Assembly: GCA_964016885.1 (NCBI GenBank) | Contig: OZ024742.1 | Coordinates: 165,726,001 to 165,790,000 of the forward strand | Direction of reading: 5' to 3' | Source of the DNA: Eledone cirrhosa | Lineage: Eukaryota | Length of the DNA: 64,000 nucleotides | Shown here: one piece after another, positions 25,665 through 40,600 of the stretch | Position numbering within the stretch: position 1 is the stretch's first letter | Layout of the letters: each line of letters starts with the position of its first letter | Notes under the pieces: model-generated | Database searches by the model: none | What the model saw: only the letters and a program-made list of their open reading frames with translations | What the model was told of the DNA's origin: nothing | Translations under genes and position numbers: made by a program

Positions 25665-28600
25665 ATAGGAACATCACTGCTTTATACAGTTCCAGGATGA
25701 GGTGTAAGTCACAACTCCTGATAGGAACATCACTGCTTTCTACAGTTCCAGGATGAGGTGTAAGTCACAACTCCTGATAGGAACATCACTGCTTTCTACA
25801 GTTCCAGAATGAGGTGTCAGTCACAACTCCTGATAGGAACATCACTGCTTTCTACTGTTCCAGAATGAGGTGTCAGTCACAACTCCTGATAGGAACATCA
25901 CTGCTTTCTACAGTTCCAGGATGAGGTGTCAGTCACAACTCCTGATAGGAACATCACTGCTTTCTACTGTTCCAGGATGAGGTGTAAGTCACACCTCCTG
26001 ATAGGAACATCACTGCTTTCTACAGTTCCAGGATGAGGTGTAAGTCACAACTCCTGATAGGAACATCACTGCTTTCTACAGTTCCAGGATGAGGTGTAAG
26101 TCACAACTCCTGATAGGAACATCACTGCTTTCTACAGTTCCAGGATGAGGTGTAAGTCACAACTCCTGATAGGAACATCACTGCTTTCTACAGTTCCAGG
26201 ATGAGGTGTAAGTCACAACTCCTGATAGGAACATCACTGCTTTCTACAGTTCCAGAATGAGGTGTCAGTCACAACTCCTGATAGGAACATCACTGCTTTC
26301 TACTGTTCCAGAATGAGGTGTCAGTCACAACTCCTGATAGGAACATCACTGCTTTCTACAGTTCCAGGATGAGGTGTCAGTCACAACTCCTGATAGGAAC
26401 ATCACTGCTTTCTACTGTTCCAGGATGAGGTGTAAGTCACACCTCCTGATAGGAACATCACTGCTTTCTACAGTTCCAGGATGAGGTGTAAGTCACAACT
26501 CCTGATAGGAACATCACTGCTTTCTACAGTTCCAGGATGAGGTGTAAGTCACAACTCCTGATAGGAACAGCACTGCTTTCTACAGTTCCAGGATGAGGTG
26601 TAAGTCACAACTCCTGATAGGAACATCACTGCTTTCTACAGTTCCAGGATGAGGTGTAAGTCACAACTCCTGATAGGAACATCACTGCTTTCTACTGTTC
26701 CAGAATGAAGTGTCAGTCACAACTGATGATAGGAACATCACTGCTTTCTACAGTTCCAGGATGAGGTGTAAGTCACAACTCCTGATAGGAACATCACTGC
26801 TTTCTACAGTTCCAGGATGAGGTGTCAGTCACAACTCCTGATAGGAACATCACTGCTTTCTACAGTTCGAGGATGAGATGTCTCTCACAACTCCTGATAG
26901 GAACATCACTGCTTTCTACAGTTCCAGGATGAGGTGTAAGTCACAACTCCTGATAGGAACATCACTGCTTTCTACAGTTCCAGAATGAGGTGTCAGTCAC
27001 AACTCCTGATAGGAACATCACTGCTTTCTACAGTTCCAGGATGAGGTGTCAGTCACAACTCCTGATAGGAACATCACTGCTTTCTACAGTTCCAGCATGA
27101 GGTGTCAGTCACAACTCCTGATAGGAACATCACTGCTTTCTAGAGTTCCAGCATGAGGTGTCAGTCACAACTCCTGATAAGTACATCACTGCTTTCTACA
27201 GTTCCAGCATGAAGTGTCAGTCACAACTCCTGATAGGAACATCACTGCTTTCTACAGTTCCAGCATGAGGTGTCAGTCACAACTCCTGATAGGAACATCA
27301 CTGCTTTCTACAATTCCAGAATGAGGTGTCAGTCACAACTCCTGATAGGAACATCACTGCTTTCTACAGTTCCAGGATGAGGTGTCAGTCACAACTCCTG
27401 ATAGGAACATCACTGCTTTCTACAGTTCCAGGATGAGGTATAAGTCACAACTCCTGATAGGAACATCACTGCTTTCTACAGTTCCAGGATGAGATATCTG
27501 TCACAACTCCTGATAGGAACATCACTGCTTTCTACAGTTCCAGCATGAGGTGTCAGTCACAACTCCTGATAGGAACATCACTGCTTTCTACAGTTCCAAG
27601 ATGAGGTGTAAGTCACAACTCCTGATAGGAACATCACTGCTTTCTACAGTTCCAGGATGAGATATCTGTCACAACTCCTGATAGGAACATCACTGCTTTC
27701 TACAGTTCCAGCATGAGGTGTAAGTCACAACTCCTGATAGGAACATCACTGCTTTCTACAGTTCCAGAATGAGGTGTCAGTCACAACTCCTGATAGGAAC
27801 ATCACTGCTTTCTACAGTTCCAGGATGAGGTGTCAGTCACAACTCCTGATAGGAACATCACTGCTTTCTACAGTTCCAGGATGAGGTGTCAGTCACAACT
27901 CCTGATTGGAACATCACTGCTTTCTACAGTTCCAGGATGAGGTGTCAGTCACAACTCCTGTTAGGAACATCACTGCTTTCTACTGTTCCAGAAGGAGGTG
28001 TCAGTCACAACTCCTGATAGAACATCACTGCTTTCTAAAGTTCCAGAATGAGGTGTCAGTCACAACTCCTGATAGGAACATCACTGCTTTCTACAGTTCC
28101 AGGATGAGGTGTCAGTCACAACTCCTGATAGGAACATCACTGCTTTCTACAGTTCCAGCATGAGGTGTCAGTCACAACTCCTGATAGGAACATCACTGCT
28201 TTCTACAATTCCAGAATGAGGTGTCAGTCACAACTCCTGATAGGAACATCACTGCTTTCTACAGTTCCAGGATGAGGTTTCAGTCACAACTCCTGATAGG
28301 AACATCACTGCTTTCTACTGTTCCAGGATGAGGTGTCAGTCACAACTCCTGATAAGAACATCACTGCTTTCTACAGTTCCAGGATAAGGTGTAAGTCACA
28401 ACTCCTGATAGGAACATCACTGCTTTCTACAGTTCCAGGATGAGATGTCTCTCACAACTCCTGATAGGAACATCACTGCTTTCTACAGTTCCAGGATGAG
28501 GTGTAAGTCACAACTCCTGATAGGAACATCACTGCTTTCTACAGTTCCAGAGTGAGGTGTCAGTCACAACTCCTGATAGGAACATCACTGCTTTCTACAG

Positions 28601-31600
28601 TTCCAGGATGAGGTGTCAGTCACAACTCCTGATAGGAACATCACTGCTTTCTACAGTTCCAGCATGAGGTGTCAGTCACAACTCCTGATAGGAACATCAC
28701 TGCTTTCTAGAGTTCCAGCATGAGGTGTCAGTCACAACTCCTGATAAGTACATCACTGCTTTCTACAGTTCCAGCATGAAGTGTCAGTCACAACTCCTGA
28801 TAGGAACATCACTGCTTTCTACAGTTCCAGCATGAGGTGTCAGTCACAACTCCTGATAGGAACATCACTGCTTTCTACAATTCCAGAATGAGGTGTCAGT
28901 CACAACTCCTGAGAGGAACATCACTGCTTTCTACAGTTCCAGGATGAGGTGTCAGTCACAACTCCTGATAGGAACATCACTGCTTTCTACAGTTCCAGGA
29001 TGAGGTGTAAGTCACAACTCCTGATAGGAACATCACTGCTTTCTACAGTTCCAGGATGAGATATCTGTCACAACTCCTGATAGGAACATCACTGCTTTCT
29101 ACAGTTCCAGCATGAGGTGTCAGTCACAACTCCTGATAGGAACATCACTGCTTTCTACAGTTCCAGGATGAGGTGTAAGTCACAACTCCTGATAGGAACA
29201 TCACTGCTTTCTACAGTTCGAGGATGAGATGTCTCTCACAACTCCTGATAGGAACATCACTGCTTTCTACAGTTCCAGGATGAGGTGTAAGTCACAACTC
29301 CTGATAGGAACATCACTGCTTTCTACAGTTCCAGAATGAGGTGTCAGTCACAACTCCTGATAGGAACATCACTGCTTTCTACAGTTCCAGGATGAGGTGT
29401 CAGTCACAACTCCTGATAGGAACATCACTGCTTTCTAGAGTTCCAGAATGAGGTGTCAGTCACAACTCCTGATAGGAACATCACTGCTTTCTACAGTTCC
29501 AGAATGAGGTGTCAGTCACAACTCCTTATAGGAACATCACTACTTTCTACAGTTCCAGGATGAGGTGTTAGTCACAACTCCTGATAGGAACATCACTGCT
29601 TTCTACAGTTCCAGGATGAGATGTCTGTCACAACTCCTGATAGGAACATCACTGCTTTCTACAGTTCCAGGATGGGGTGTCAGTCACAACTCCTGATAGG
29701 AACATCACTGCTTTCTACAGCTCCAGAATGAGGTGTCAGTCGCAACTCCTGATAGGAACATCACTGCTTTCTACAGTTCCTGGATTAGGTGTAAGTCACA
29801 ACTCCTGATAGGAACATCACTGCTTTCTACAGTTCCAGCATGAGGTCTCAGTCACAACTCCTGATAGGAACATCACTGCTTTCTACAATTCCAGAATGAG
29901 GTGTCAGTCACAACTCCTGATAGGAACATCACTGCTTTCTACGGTTCCAGGATGAGGTGTCAGTCACAACTCCTGATAGGAACATCACTGCTTTCTACAG
30001 TTCCAGGATGAGGTGTAAGTCACAACTCCTGATAGGAACATCACTGCTTTCTACAGTTCCAGGATGAGATATCTGTCACAACTCCTGATAGGAACATCAC
30101 TGCTTTCTACAGTTCCAGCATGAGGTGTCAGTCACAACTCCTGATAGGAACATCACTGCTTTCTACAGTTCCAGGATGAGGTGTAAGTCACAACTCCTGA
30201 TAGGAACATCACTGCTTTCTACAGTTCGAGGATGAGATGTCTCTCACAACTCCTGATAGGAACATCACTGCTTTCTACAGTTCCAGGATGGGGTGTAAGT
30301 CACAACTCCTGATAGGAACATCACTGCTTTCTACAGTTCCAGAATGAGGTGTCAGTCACAACTCCTGATAGGAACATCACTGCTTTCTACAGTTCCAGGA
30401 TGAGGTGTCAGTCACAACTCCTGATAGGAACATCACTGCTTTCTACAGTTCCAGCATGAGGTGTCAGTCACAACTCCTGATAGGAACATCACTGCTTTCT
30501 AGAGTTCCAGCATGAGGTGTCAGTCACAACTCCTGATAAATACATCACTGCTTTCTACAGTTCCAGCATGAAGTGTCAGTCACAACTCCTGATAGGAACA
30601 TCACTGCTTTCTACAGTTCCAGCATGAGGTGTCAGTCACAACTCCTGATAGGAACATCACTGCTTTCTACAATTCCAGAATGAGGTGTCAGTCACAACTC
30701 CTGATAGGAACATCACTGCTTTCTACAGTTCCAGGATGAGGTGTCAGTCACAACTCCTGATAGGAACATCACTGCTTTCTACAGTTCCAGGATGAGATAT
30801 CTGTCACAACTCCTGATAGGAACATCACTGCTTTCTACAGTTCCAGCATGAGGTGTCAGTCACAACTCCTGATAGGAACATCACTGCTTTTTCTACAGTT
30901 CCAGGATGAGGTGTAAGTCACAACTCCTGATAGGAACATCACTGCTTTCTACAGTTCCAGGATGAGGTGTCTCTCACAACTCCTGATAGGAACATCACTG
31001 CTTTCTACAGTTCCAGGATGAGGTGTAAGTCACAACTCCTGATAGGAACATCACTGCTTTCTACAGTTCCAGAATGAGGTGTCAGTCACAACTCCTGATA
31101 GGAACATCACTGCTTTCTACAGTTCCAGAATGAGGTGTCAGTCACAACTCCTGATAGGAACATCACTGCTTTCTACAGTTCCAGGATGAGGTGTAAGTCA
31201 CAACTCCTGATAGGAACATCACTGCTTTCTACAGTTCCAGAATGAGGTGTCAGTCACAACTCCTGATAGGAACATCACTGCTTTCTACAGTTCCAGGATG
31301 AGGTGTAAGTCACAACTCCTGATAGGAACATGACTGCTTTCTACAGTTCCAGGATGAGATGTCTCTCACAACTCCTGATAGGAACATCACTGCTTTCTAC
31401 AGTTCCAGGATGAGGTGTAAGTCACAACTCCTGATAGGAACATCACTGCTTTCTACAGTTCCAGAATGAGGTGTCAGTCACAACTCCTGATAGGAACATC
31501 ACTGCTTTCTACAGTTCCAGAATGAGGTGTCAGTCACAACTCCTGATAGGAACATCACTGCTTTCTACAGTTCCAGGATGGGGTGTAAGTCACAACTCCT

Positions 31601-34600
31601 GATAGGAACATCACTGCTTTCTACTGTTCCAGGATGAGGTGTCAGTCACAACTCCTTATAGGAACATCACTGCTTTATACAGTTCCAGGATGAGGTGTAA
31701 GTCACAACTCCTGATAGGAACATCACTGCTTTCTACAGTTCCAGGATGAGGTGTAAGTCACAACTCCTGATAGGAACATCACTGCTTTCTACAGTTCCAG
31801 AATGAGGTGTCAGTCACAACTCCTGATAGGAACATCACTGCTTTCTACTGTTCCAGAATGAGGTGTCAGTCACAACTCCTGATAGGAACATCACTGCTTT
31901 CTACAGTTCCAGGATGAGGTGTCAGTCACAACTCCTGATAGGAACATCACTGCTTTCTACTGTTCCAGGATGAGGTGTAAGTCACACCTCCTGATAGGAA
32001 CATCACTGCTTTCTACAGTTCCAGGATGAGGTGTAAGTCACAATTCCTGATAGGAACAGCACTGCTTTCAACAGTTCCAGGATGAGGTGTAAGTCACAAC
32101 TCCTGATAGGAACATCACTGCTTTCTACAGTTCCAGGATGAGGTGTAAGTCACAACTCCTGATAGGAACATCACTGCTTTCTACTGTTCCAGAATGAAGT
32201 GTCAGTCACAACTGATGATAGGAACATCACTGCTTTCTACAGTTCCAGGATGAGGTGTAAGTCACAACTCCTGATAGGAACATCACTGCTTTCTACAGTT
32301 CCAGGATGAGGTGTAAGTCACAACTCCTGATAGGAACATCACTGCTTTCTACAGTTCGAGGATGAGATGTTCTCACAACTCCTGATAGGAACATCACTGC
32401 TTTCTACAGTTCCAGGATGAGGTGTAAGTCACAACTCCTGATAGGAACATCACTGCTTTCTACAGTTCCAGAATGAGGTGTCAGTCACAACTCCTGATAG
32501 GAACATCACTGCTTTCTACAGTTCCAGGATGAGGTGTCAGTCACAACTCCTGATAGGAACATCACTGCTTTCTACAGTTCCAGCATGAGGTGTCAGTCAC
32601 AACTCCTGATAGGAACATCACTGCTTTCTAGAGTTCCAGCATGAGGTGTCAGTCACAACTCCTGATAAGTACATCACTGCTTTCTACAGTTCCAGCATGA
32701 AGTGTCAGTCACAACTCCTGATAGGAACATCACTGCTTTCTACAGTTCCAGCATGAGGTGTCAGTCACAACTCCTGATAGGAACATCACTGCTTTCTACA
32801 ATTCCAGAATGAGGTGTCAGTCACAACTCCTGATAGGAACATCACTGCTTTCTACAGTTCCAGGATGAGGTGTCAGTCACAACTCCTGATAGGAACATCA
32901 CTGCTTTCTACAGTTCCAGCATGAGGTGTCAGTCACAACTCCTGATAGGAACATCACTGCTTTTTCTACAGTTCCAGGATGAGGTGTAAGTCACAACTCC
33001 TGATAGGAACATCACTGCTTTCTACAGTTCCAGAATGAGGTGTCAGTCACAACTCCTGATAGGAACATCACTGCTTTCTACAGTTCCAGGATGAGGTGTA
33101 AGTCACAACTCCTGATAGGAACATCACTGCTTTCTACTGTTCCAGGATGAGGTGTCAGTCACAACTCCTGATAGGAACATCACTGCTTTATACAGTTCCA
33201 GGATGAGGTGTAAGTCACAACTCCTGATAGGAACATCACTGCTTTCTACAGTTCCAGGATGAGGTGTAAGTCACAACTCCTGATAGGAACATCACTGCTT
33301 TCTACAGTTCCAGAATGAGGTGTCAGTCACAACTCCTGATAGGAACATCACTGCTTTCTACTGTTCCAGAATGAGGTGTCAGTCACAACTCCTGATAGGA
33401 ACATCACTGCTTTCTACAGTTCCAGGATGAGGTGTCAGTCACAACTCCTGATAGGAACATCACTGCTTTCTACTGTTCCAGGATGAGGTGTAAGTCACAC
33501 CTCCTGATAGGAACATCACTGCTTTCTACAGTTCCAGGATGAGGTGTAAGTCACAACTCCTGATAGGAACATCACTGCTTTCTACAGTTCCAGGATGAGG
33601 TGTAAGTCACAACTCCTGATAGGAACATCACTGCTTTCTACAGTTCCAGGATGAGGTGTAAGTCACAACTCCTGATAGGAACATCACTGCTTTCTACAGT
33701 TCCAGGATGAGGTGTAAGTCACAACTCCTGATAGGTACATCACTGCTTTCTACAGTTCCAGAATGAGGTGTCAGTCACAACTCCTGATAGGAACATCACT
33801 GCTTTCTACTGTTCCAGAATGAGGTGTCAGTCACAACTCCTGATAGGAACATCACTGCTTTCTACAGTTCCAGGATGAGGTGTCAGTCACAACTCCTGAT
33901 AGGAACATCACTGCTTTCTACTGTTCCAGGATGAGGTGTAAGTCACACCTCCTGATAGGAACATCACTGCTTTCTACAGTTCCAGGATGAGGTGTAAGTC
34001 ACAACTCCTGATAGGAACATCACTGCTTTCTACAGTTCCAGGATGAGGTGTAAGTCACAACTCCTGATAGGAACAGCACTGCTTTCTACAGTTCCAGGAT
34101 GAGGTGTAAGTCACAACTCCTGATAGGAACATCACTGCTTTCTACAGTTCCAGGATGAGGTGTAAGTCACAACTCCTGATAGGAACATCACTGCTTTCTA
34201 CTGTTCCAGAATGAAGTGTCAGTCACAACTGATGATAGGAACATCACTGCTTTCTACAGTTCCAGGATGAGGTGTAAGTCACAACTCCTGATAGGAACAT
34301 CACTGCTTTCTACAGTTCCAGGATGAGGTGTCAGTCACAACTCCTGATAGGAACATCACTGCTTTCTACAGTTCGAGGATGAGATGTCTCTCACAACTCC
34401 TGATAGGAACATCACTGCTTTCTACAGTTCCAGGATGAGGTGTAAGTCACAACTCCTGATAGGAACATCACTGCTTTCTACAGTTCCAGAATGAGGTGTC
34501 AGTCACAACTCCTGATAGGAACATCACTGCTTTCTACTGTTCCAGGATGAGGTGTCAGTCACAACTCCTGATAGGAACATCACTGCTTTATACAGTTCCA

Positions 34601-37600
34601 GGATGAGGTGTAAGTCACAACTCCTGATAGGAACATCACTGCTTTCTACAGTTCCAGGATGAGGTGTAAGTCACAACTCCTGATAGGAACATCACTGCTT
34701 TCTACAGTTCCAGAATGAGGTGTCAGTCACAACTCCTGATAGGAACATCACTGCTTTCTACTGTTCCAGAATGAGGTGTCAGTCACAACTCCTGATAGGA
34801 ACATCACTGCTTTCTACAGTTCCAGGATGAGGTGTCAGTCACAACTCCTGATAGGAACATCACTGCTTTCTACTGTTCCAGGATGAGGTGTAAGTCACAC
34901 CTCCTGATAGGAACATCACTGCTTTCTACAGTTCCAGGATGAGGTGTAAGTCACAACTCCTGATAGGAACATCACTGCTTTCTACAGTTCCAGGATGAGG
35001 TGTAAGTCACAACTCCTGATAGGAACATCACTGCTTTCTACAGTTCCAGGATGAGGTGTAAGTCACAACTCCTGATAGGAACATCACTGCTTTCTACAGT
35101 TCCAGGATGAGGTGTAAGTCACAACTCCTGATAGGAACATCACTGCTTTCTACAGTTCCAGAATGAGGTGTCAGTCACAACTCCTGATAGGAACATCACT
35201 GCTTTCTACTGTTCCAGAATGAGGTGTCAGTCACAACTCCTGATAGGAACATCACTGCTTTCTACAGTTCCAGGATGAGGTGTCAGTCACAACTCCTGAT
35301 AGGAACATCACTGCTTTCTACTGTTCCAGGATGAGGTGTAAGTCACACCTCCTGATAGGAACATCACTGCTTTCTACAGTTCCAGGATGAGGTGTAAGTC
35401 ACAACTCCTGATAGGAACATCACTGCTTTCTACAGTTCCAGGATGAGGTGTAAGTCACAACTCCTGATAGGAACAGCACTGCTTTCTACAGTTCCAGGAT
35501 GAGGTGTAAGTCACAATTCCTGATAGGAACATCACTGCTTTCTACAGTTCCAGGATGAGGTGTAAGTCACAACTCCTGATAGGAACATCACTGCTTTCTA
35601 CTGTTCCAGAATGAAGTGTCAGTCACAACTGATGATAGGAACATCACTGCTTTCTACAGTTCCAGGATGAGGTGTAAGTCACAACTCCTGATAGGAACAT
35701 CACTGCTTTCTACAGTTCCAGGATGAGGTGTCAGTCACAACTCCTGATAGGAACATCACTGCTTTCTACAGTTCGAGGATGAGATGTCTCTCACAACTCC
35801 TGATAGGAACATCACTGCTTTCTACAGTTCCAGGATGAGGTGTAAGTCACAACTCCTGATAGGAACATCACTGCTTTCTACAGTTCCAGAATGAGGTGTC
35901 AGTCACAACTCCTGATAGGAACATCACTGCTTTCTACAGTTCCAGGATGAGGTGTCAGTCACAACTCCTGATAGGAACATCACTGCTTTCTACAGTTCCA
36001 GCATGAGGTGTCAGTCACAACTCCTGATAGGAACATCACTGCTTTCTAGAGTTCCAGCATGAGGTGTCAGTCACAACTCCTGATAAGTACATCACTGCTT
36101 TCTACAGTTCCAGCATGAAGTGTCAGTCACAACTCCTGATAGGAACATCACTGCTTTCTACAGATCCAGCATGAGGTGTCAGTCACAACTCCTGATAGGA
36201 ACATCACTGCTTTCTACAATTCCAGAATGAGGTGTCAGTCACAACTCCTGATAGGAACATCACTGCTTTCTACAGTTCCAGGATGAGGTGTCAGTCACAA
36301 CTCCTGATAGGAACATCACTGCTTTCTACAGTTCCAGGATGAGGTATAAGTCACAACTCCTGATAGGAACATCACTGCTTTCTACAGTTCCAGGATGAGA
36401 TATCTGTCACAACTCCTGATAGGAACATCACTGCTTTCTACAGTTCCAGCATGAGGTGTCAGTCACAACTCCTGATAGGAACATCACTGCTTTCTACAGT
36501 TCCAGGATGAGGTGTAAGTCACAACTCCTGATAGGAACATCACTGCTTTCTACAGTTCCAGGATGAGATATCTGTCACAACTCCTGATAGGAACATCACT
36601 GCTTTCTACAGTTCCAGCATGAGGTGTAAGTCACAACTCCTGATAGGAACATCACTGCTTTCTACAGTTCCAGAATGAGGTGTCAGTCACAACTCCTGAT
36701 AGGAACATCACTGCTTTCTACAGTTCCAGGATGAGGTGTCAGTCACAACTCCTGATAGGAACATCACTGCTTTCTACAGTTCCAGGATGAGGTGTCAGTC
36801 ACAACTCCTGATTGGAACATCACTGCTTTCTACAGTTCCAGGATGAGGTGTCAGTCACAACTCCTGTTAGGAACATCACTGCTTTCTACTGTTCCAGAAG
36901 GAGGTGTCAGTCACAACTCCTGATAGAACATCACTGCTTTCTAAAGTTCCAGAATGAGGTGTCAGTCACAACTCCTGATAGGAACATCACTGCTTTCTAC
37001 AGTTCCAGGATGAGGTGTCAGTCACAACTCCTGATAGGAACATCACTGCTTTCTACAGTTCCAGCATGAGGTGTCAGTCACAACTCCTGATAGGAACATC
37101 ACTGCTTTCTACAATTCCAGAATGAGGTGTCAGTCACAACTCCTGATAGGAACATCACTGCTTTCTACAGTTCCAGGATGAGGTTTCAGTCACAACTCCT
37201 GATAGGAACATCACTGCTTTCTACTGTTCCAGGATGAGGTGTCAGTCACAACTCCTGATAAGAACATCACTGCTTTCTACAGTTCCAGGATAAGGTGTAA
37301 GTCACAACTCCTGATAGGAACATCACTGCTTTCTACAGTTCCAGGATGAGATGTCTCTCACAACTCCTGATAGGAACATCACTGCTTTCTACAGTTCCAG
37401 GATGAGGTGTAAGTCACAACTCCTGATAGGAACATCACTGCTTTCTACAGTTCCAGAGTGAGGTGTCAGTCACAACTCCTGATAGGAACATCACTGCTTT
37501 CTACAGTTCCAGGATGAGGTGTCAGTCACAACTCCTGATAGGAACATCACTGCTTTCTACAGTTCCAGCATGAGGTGTCAGTCACAACTCCTGATAGGAA

Positions 37601-40600
37601 CATCACTGCTTTCTAGAGTTCCAGCATGAGGTGTCAGTCACAACTCCTGATAAGTACATCACTGCTTTCTACAGTTCCAGCATGAAGTGTCAGTCACAAC
37701 TCCTGATAGGAACATCACTGCTTTCTACAGTTCCAGCATGAGGTGTCAGTCACAACTCCTGATAGGAACATCACTGCTTTCTACAATTCCAGAATGAGGT
37801 GTCAGTCACAACTCCTGAGAGGAACATCACTGCTTTCTACAGTTCCAGGATGAGGTGTCAGTCACAACTCCTGATAGGAACATCACTGCTTTCTACAGTT
37901 CCAGGATGAGGTGTAAGTCACAACTCCTGATAGGAACATCACTGCTTTCTACAGTTCCAGGATGAGATATCTGTCACAACTCCTGATAGGAACATCACTG
38001 CTTTCTACAGTTCCAGCATGAGGTGTCAGTCACAACTCCTGATAGGAACATCACTGCTTTCTACAGTTCCAGGATGAGGTGTAAGTCACAACTCCTGATA
38101 GGAACATCACTGCTTTCTACAGTTCGAGGATGAGATGTCTCTCACAACTCCTGATAGGAACATCACTGCTTTCTACAGTTCCAGGATGAGGTGTAAGTCA
38201 CAACTCCTGATAGGAACATCACTGCTTTCTACAGTTCCAGAATGAGGTGTCAGTCACAACTCCTGATAGGAACATCACTGCTTTCTACAGTTCCAGGATG
38301 AGGTGTCAGTCACAACTCCTGATAGGAACATCACTGCTTTCTAGAGTTCCAGAATGAGGTGTCAGTCACAACTCCTGATAGGAACATCACTGCTTTCTAC
38401 AGTTCCAGAATGAGGTGTCAGTCACAACTCCTTATAGGAACATCACTACTTTCTACAGTTCCAGGATGAGGTGTTAGTCACAACTCCTGATAGGAACATC
38501 ACTGCTTTCTACAGTTCCAGGATGAGATGTCTGTCACAACTCCTGATAGGAACATCACTGCTTTCTACAGTTCCAGGATGGGGTGTCAGTCACAACTCCT
38601 GATAGGAACATCACTGCTTTCTACAGCTCCAGAATGAGGTGTCAGTCGCAACTCCTGATAGGAACATCACTGCTTTCTACAGTTCCTGGATTAGGTGTAA
38701 GTCACAACTCCTGATAGGAACATCACTGCTTTCTACAGTTCCAGCATGAGGTCTCAGTCACAACTCCTGATAGGAACATCACTGCTTTCTACAATTCCAG
38801 AATGAGGTGTCAGTCACAACTCCTGATAGGAACATCACTGCTTTCTACGGTTCCAGGATGAGGTGTCAGTCACAACTCCTGATAGGAACATCACTGCTTT
38901 CTACAGTTCCAGGATGAGGTGTAAGTCACAACTCCTGATAGGAACATCACTGCTTTCTACAGTTCCAGGATGAGATATCTGTCACAACTCCTGATAGGAA
39001 CATCACTGCTTTCTACAGTTCCAGCATGAGGTGTCAGTCACAACTCCTGATAGGAACATCACTGCTTTCTACAGTTCCAGGATGAGGTGTAAGTCACAAC
39101 TCCTGATAGGAACATCACTGCTTTCTACAGTTCGAGGATGAGATGTCTCTCACAACTCCTGATAGGAACATCACTGCTTTCTACAGTTCCAGGATGGGGT
39201 GTAAGTCACAACTCCTGATAGGAACATCACTGCTTTCTACAGTTCCAGAATGAGGTGTCAGTCACAACTCCTGATAGGAACATCACTGCTTTCTACAGTT
39301 CCAGGATGAGGTGTCAGTCACAACTCCTGATAGGAACATCACTGCTTTCTACAGTTCCAGCATGAGGTGTCAGTCACAACTCCTGATAGGAACATCACTG
39401 CTTTCTAGAGTTCCAGCATGAGGTGTCAGTCACAACTCCTGATAAATACATCACTGCTTTCTACAGTTCCAGCATGAAGTGTCAGTCACAACTCCTGATA
39501 GGAACATCACTGCTTTCTACAGTTCCAGCATGAGGTGTCAGTCACAACTCCTGATAGGAACATCACTGCTTTCTACAATTCCAGAATGAGGTGTCAGTCA
39601 CAACTCCTGATAGGAACATCACTGCTTTCTACAGTTCCAGGATGAGGTGTCAGTCACAACTCCTGATAGGAACATCACTGCTTTCTACAGTTCCAGGATG
39701 AGATATCTGTCACAACTCCTGATAGGAACATCACTGCTTTCTACAGTTCCAGCATGAGGTGTCAGTCACAACTCCTGATAGGAACATCACTGCTTTTTCT
39801 ACAGTTCCAGGATGAGGTGTAAGTCACAACTCCTGATAGGAACATCACTGCTTTCTACAGTTCCAGGATGAGGTGTCTCTCACAACTCCTGATAGGAACA
39901 TCACTGCTTTCTACAGTTCCAGGATGAGGTGTAAGTCACAACTCCTGATAGGAACATCACTGCTTTCTACAGTTCCAGAATGAGGTGTCAGTCACAACTC
40001 CTGATAGGAACATCACTGCTTTCTACAGTTCCAGAATGAGGTGTCAGTCACAACTCCTGATAGGAACATCACTGCTTTCTACAGTTCCAGGATGAGGTGT
40101 AAGTCACAACTCCTGATAGGAACATCACTGCTTTCTACAGTTCCAGAATGAGGTGTCAGTCACAACTCCTGATAGGAACATCACTGCTTTCTACAGTTCC
40201 AGGATGAGGTGTAAGTCACAACTCCTGATAGGAACATGACTGCTTTCTACAGTTCCAGGATGAGATGTCTCTCACAACTCCTGATAGGAACATCACTGCT
40301 TTCTACAGTTCCAGGATGAGGTGTAAGTCACAACTCCTGATAGGAACATCACTGCTTTCTACAGTTCCAGAATGAGGTGTCAGTCACAACTCCTGATAGG
40401 AACATCACTGCTTTCTACAGTTCCAGAATGAGGTGTCAGTCACAACTCCTGATAGGAACATCACTGCTTTCTACAGTTCCAGGATGAGGTGTAAGTCACA
40501 ACTCCTGATAGGAACATCACTGCTTTCTACTGTTCCAGGATGAGGTGTCAGTCACAACTCCTTATAGGAACATCACTGCTTTATACAGTTCCAGGATGAG

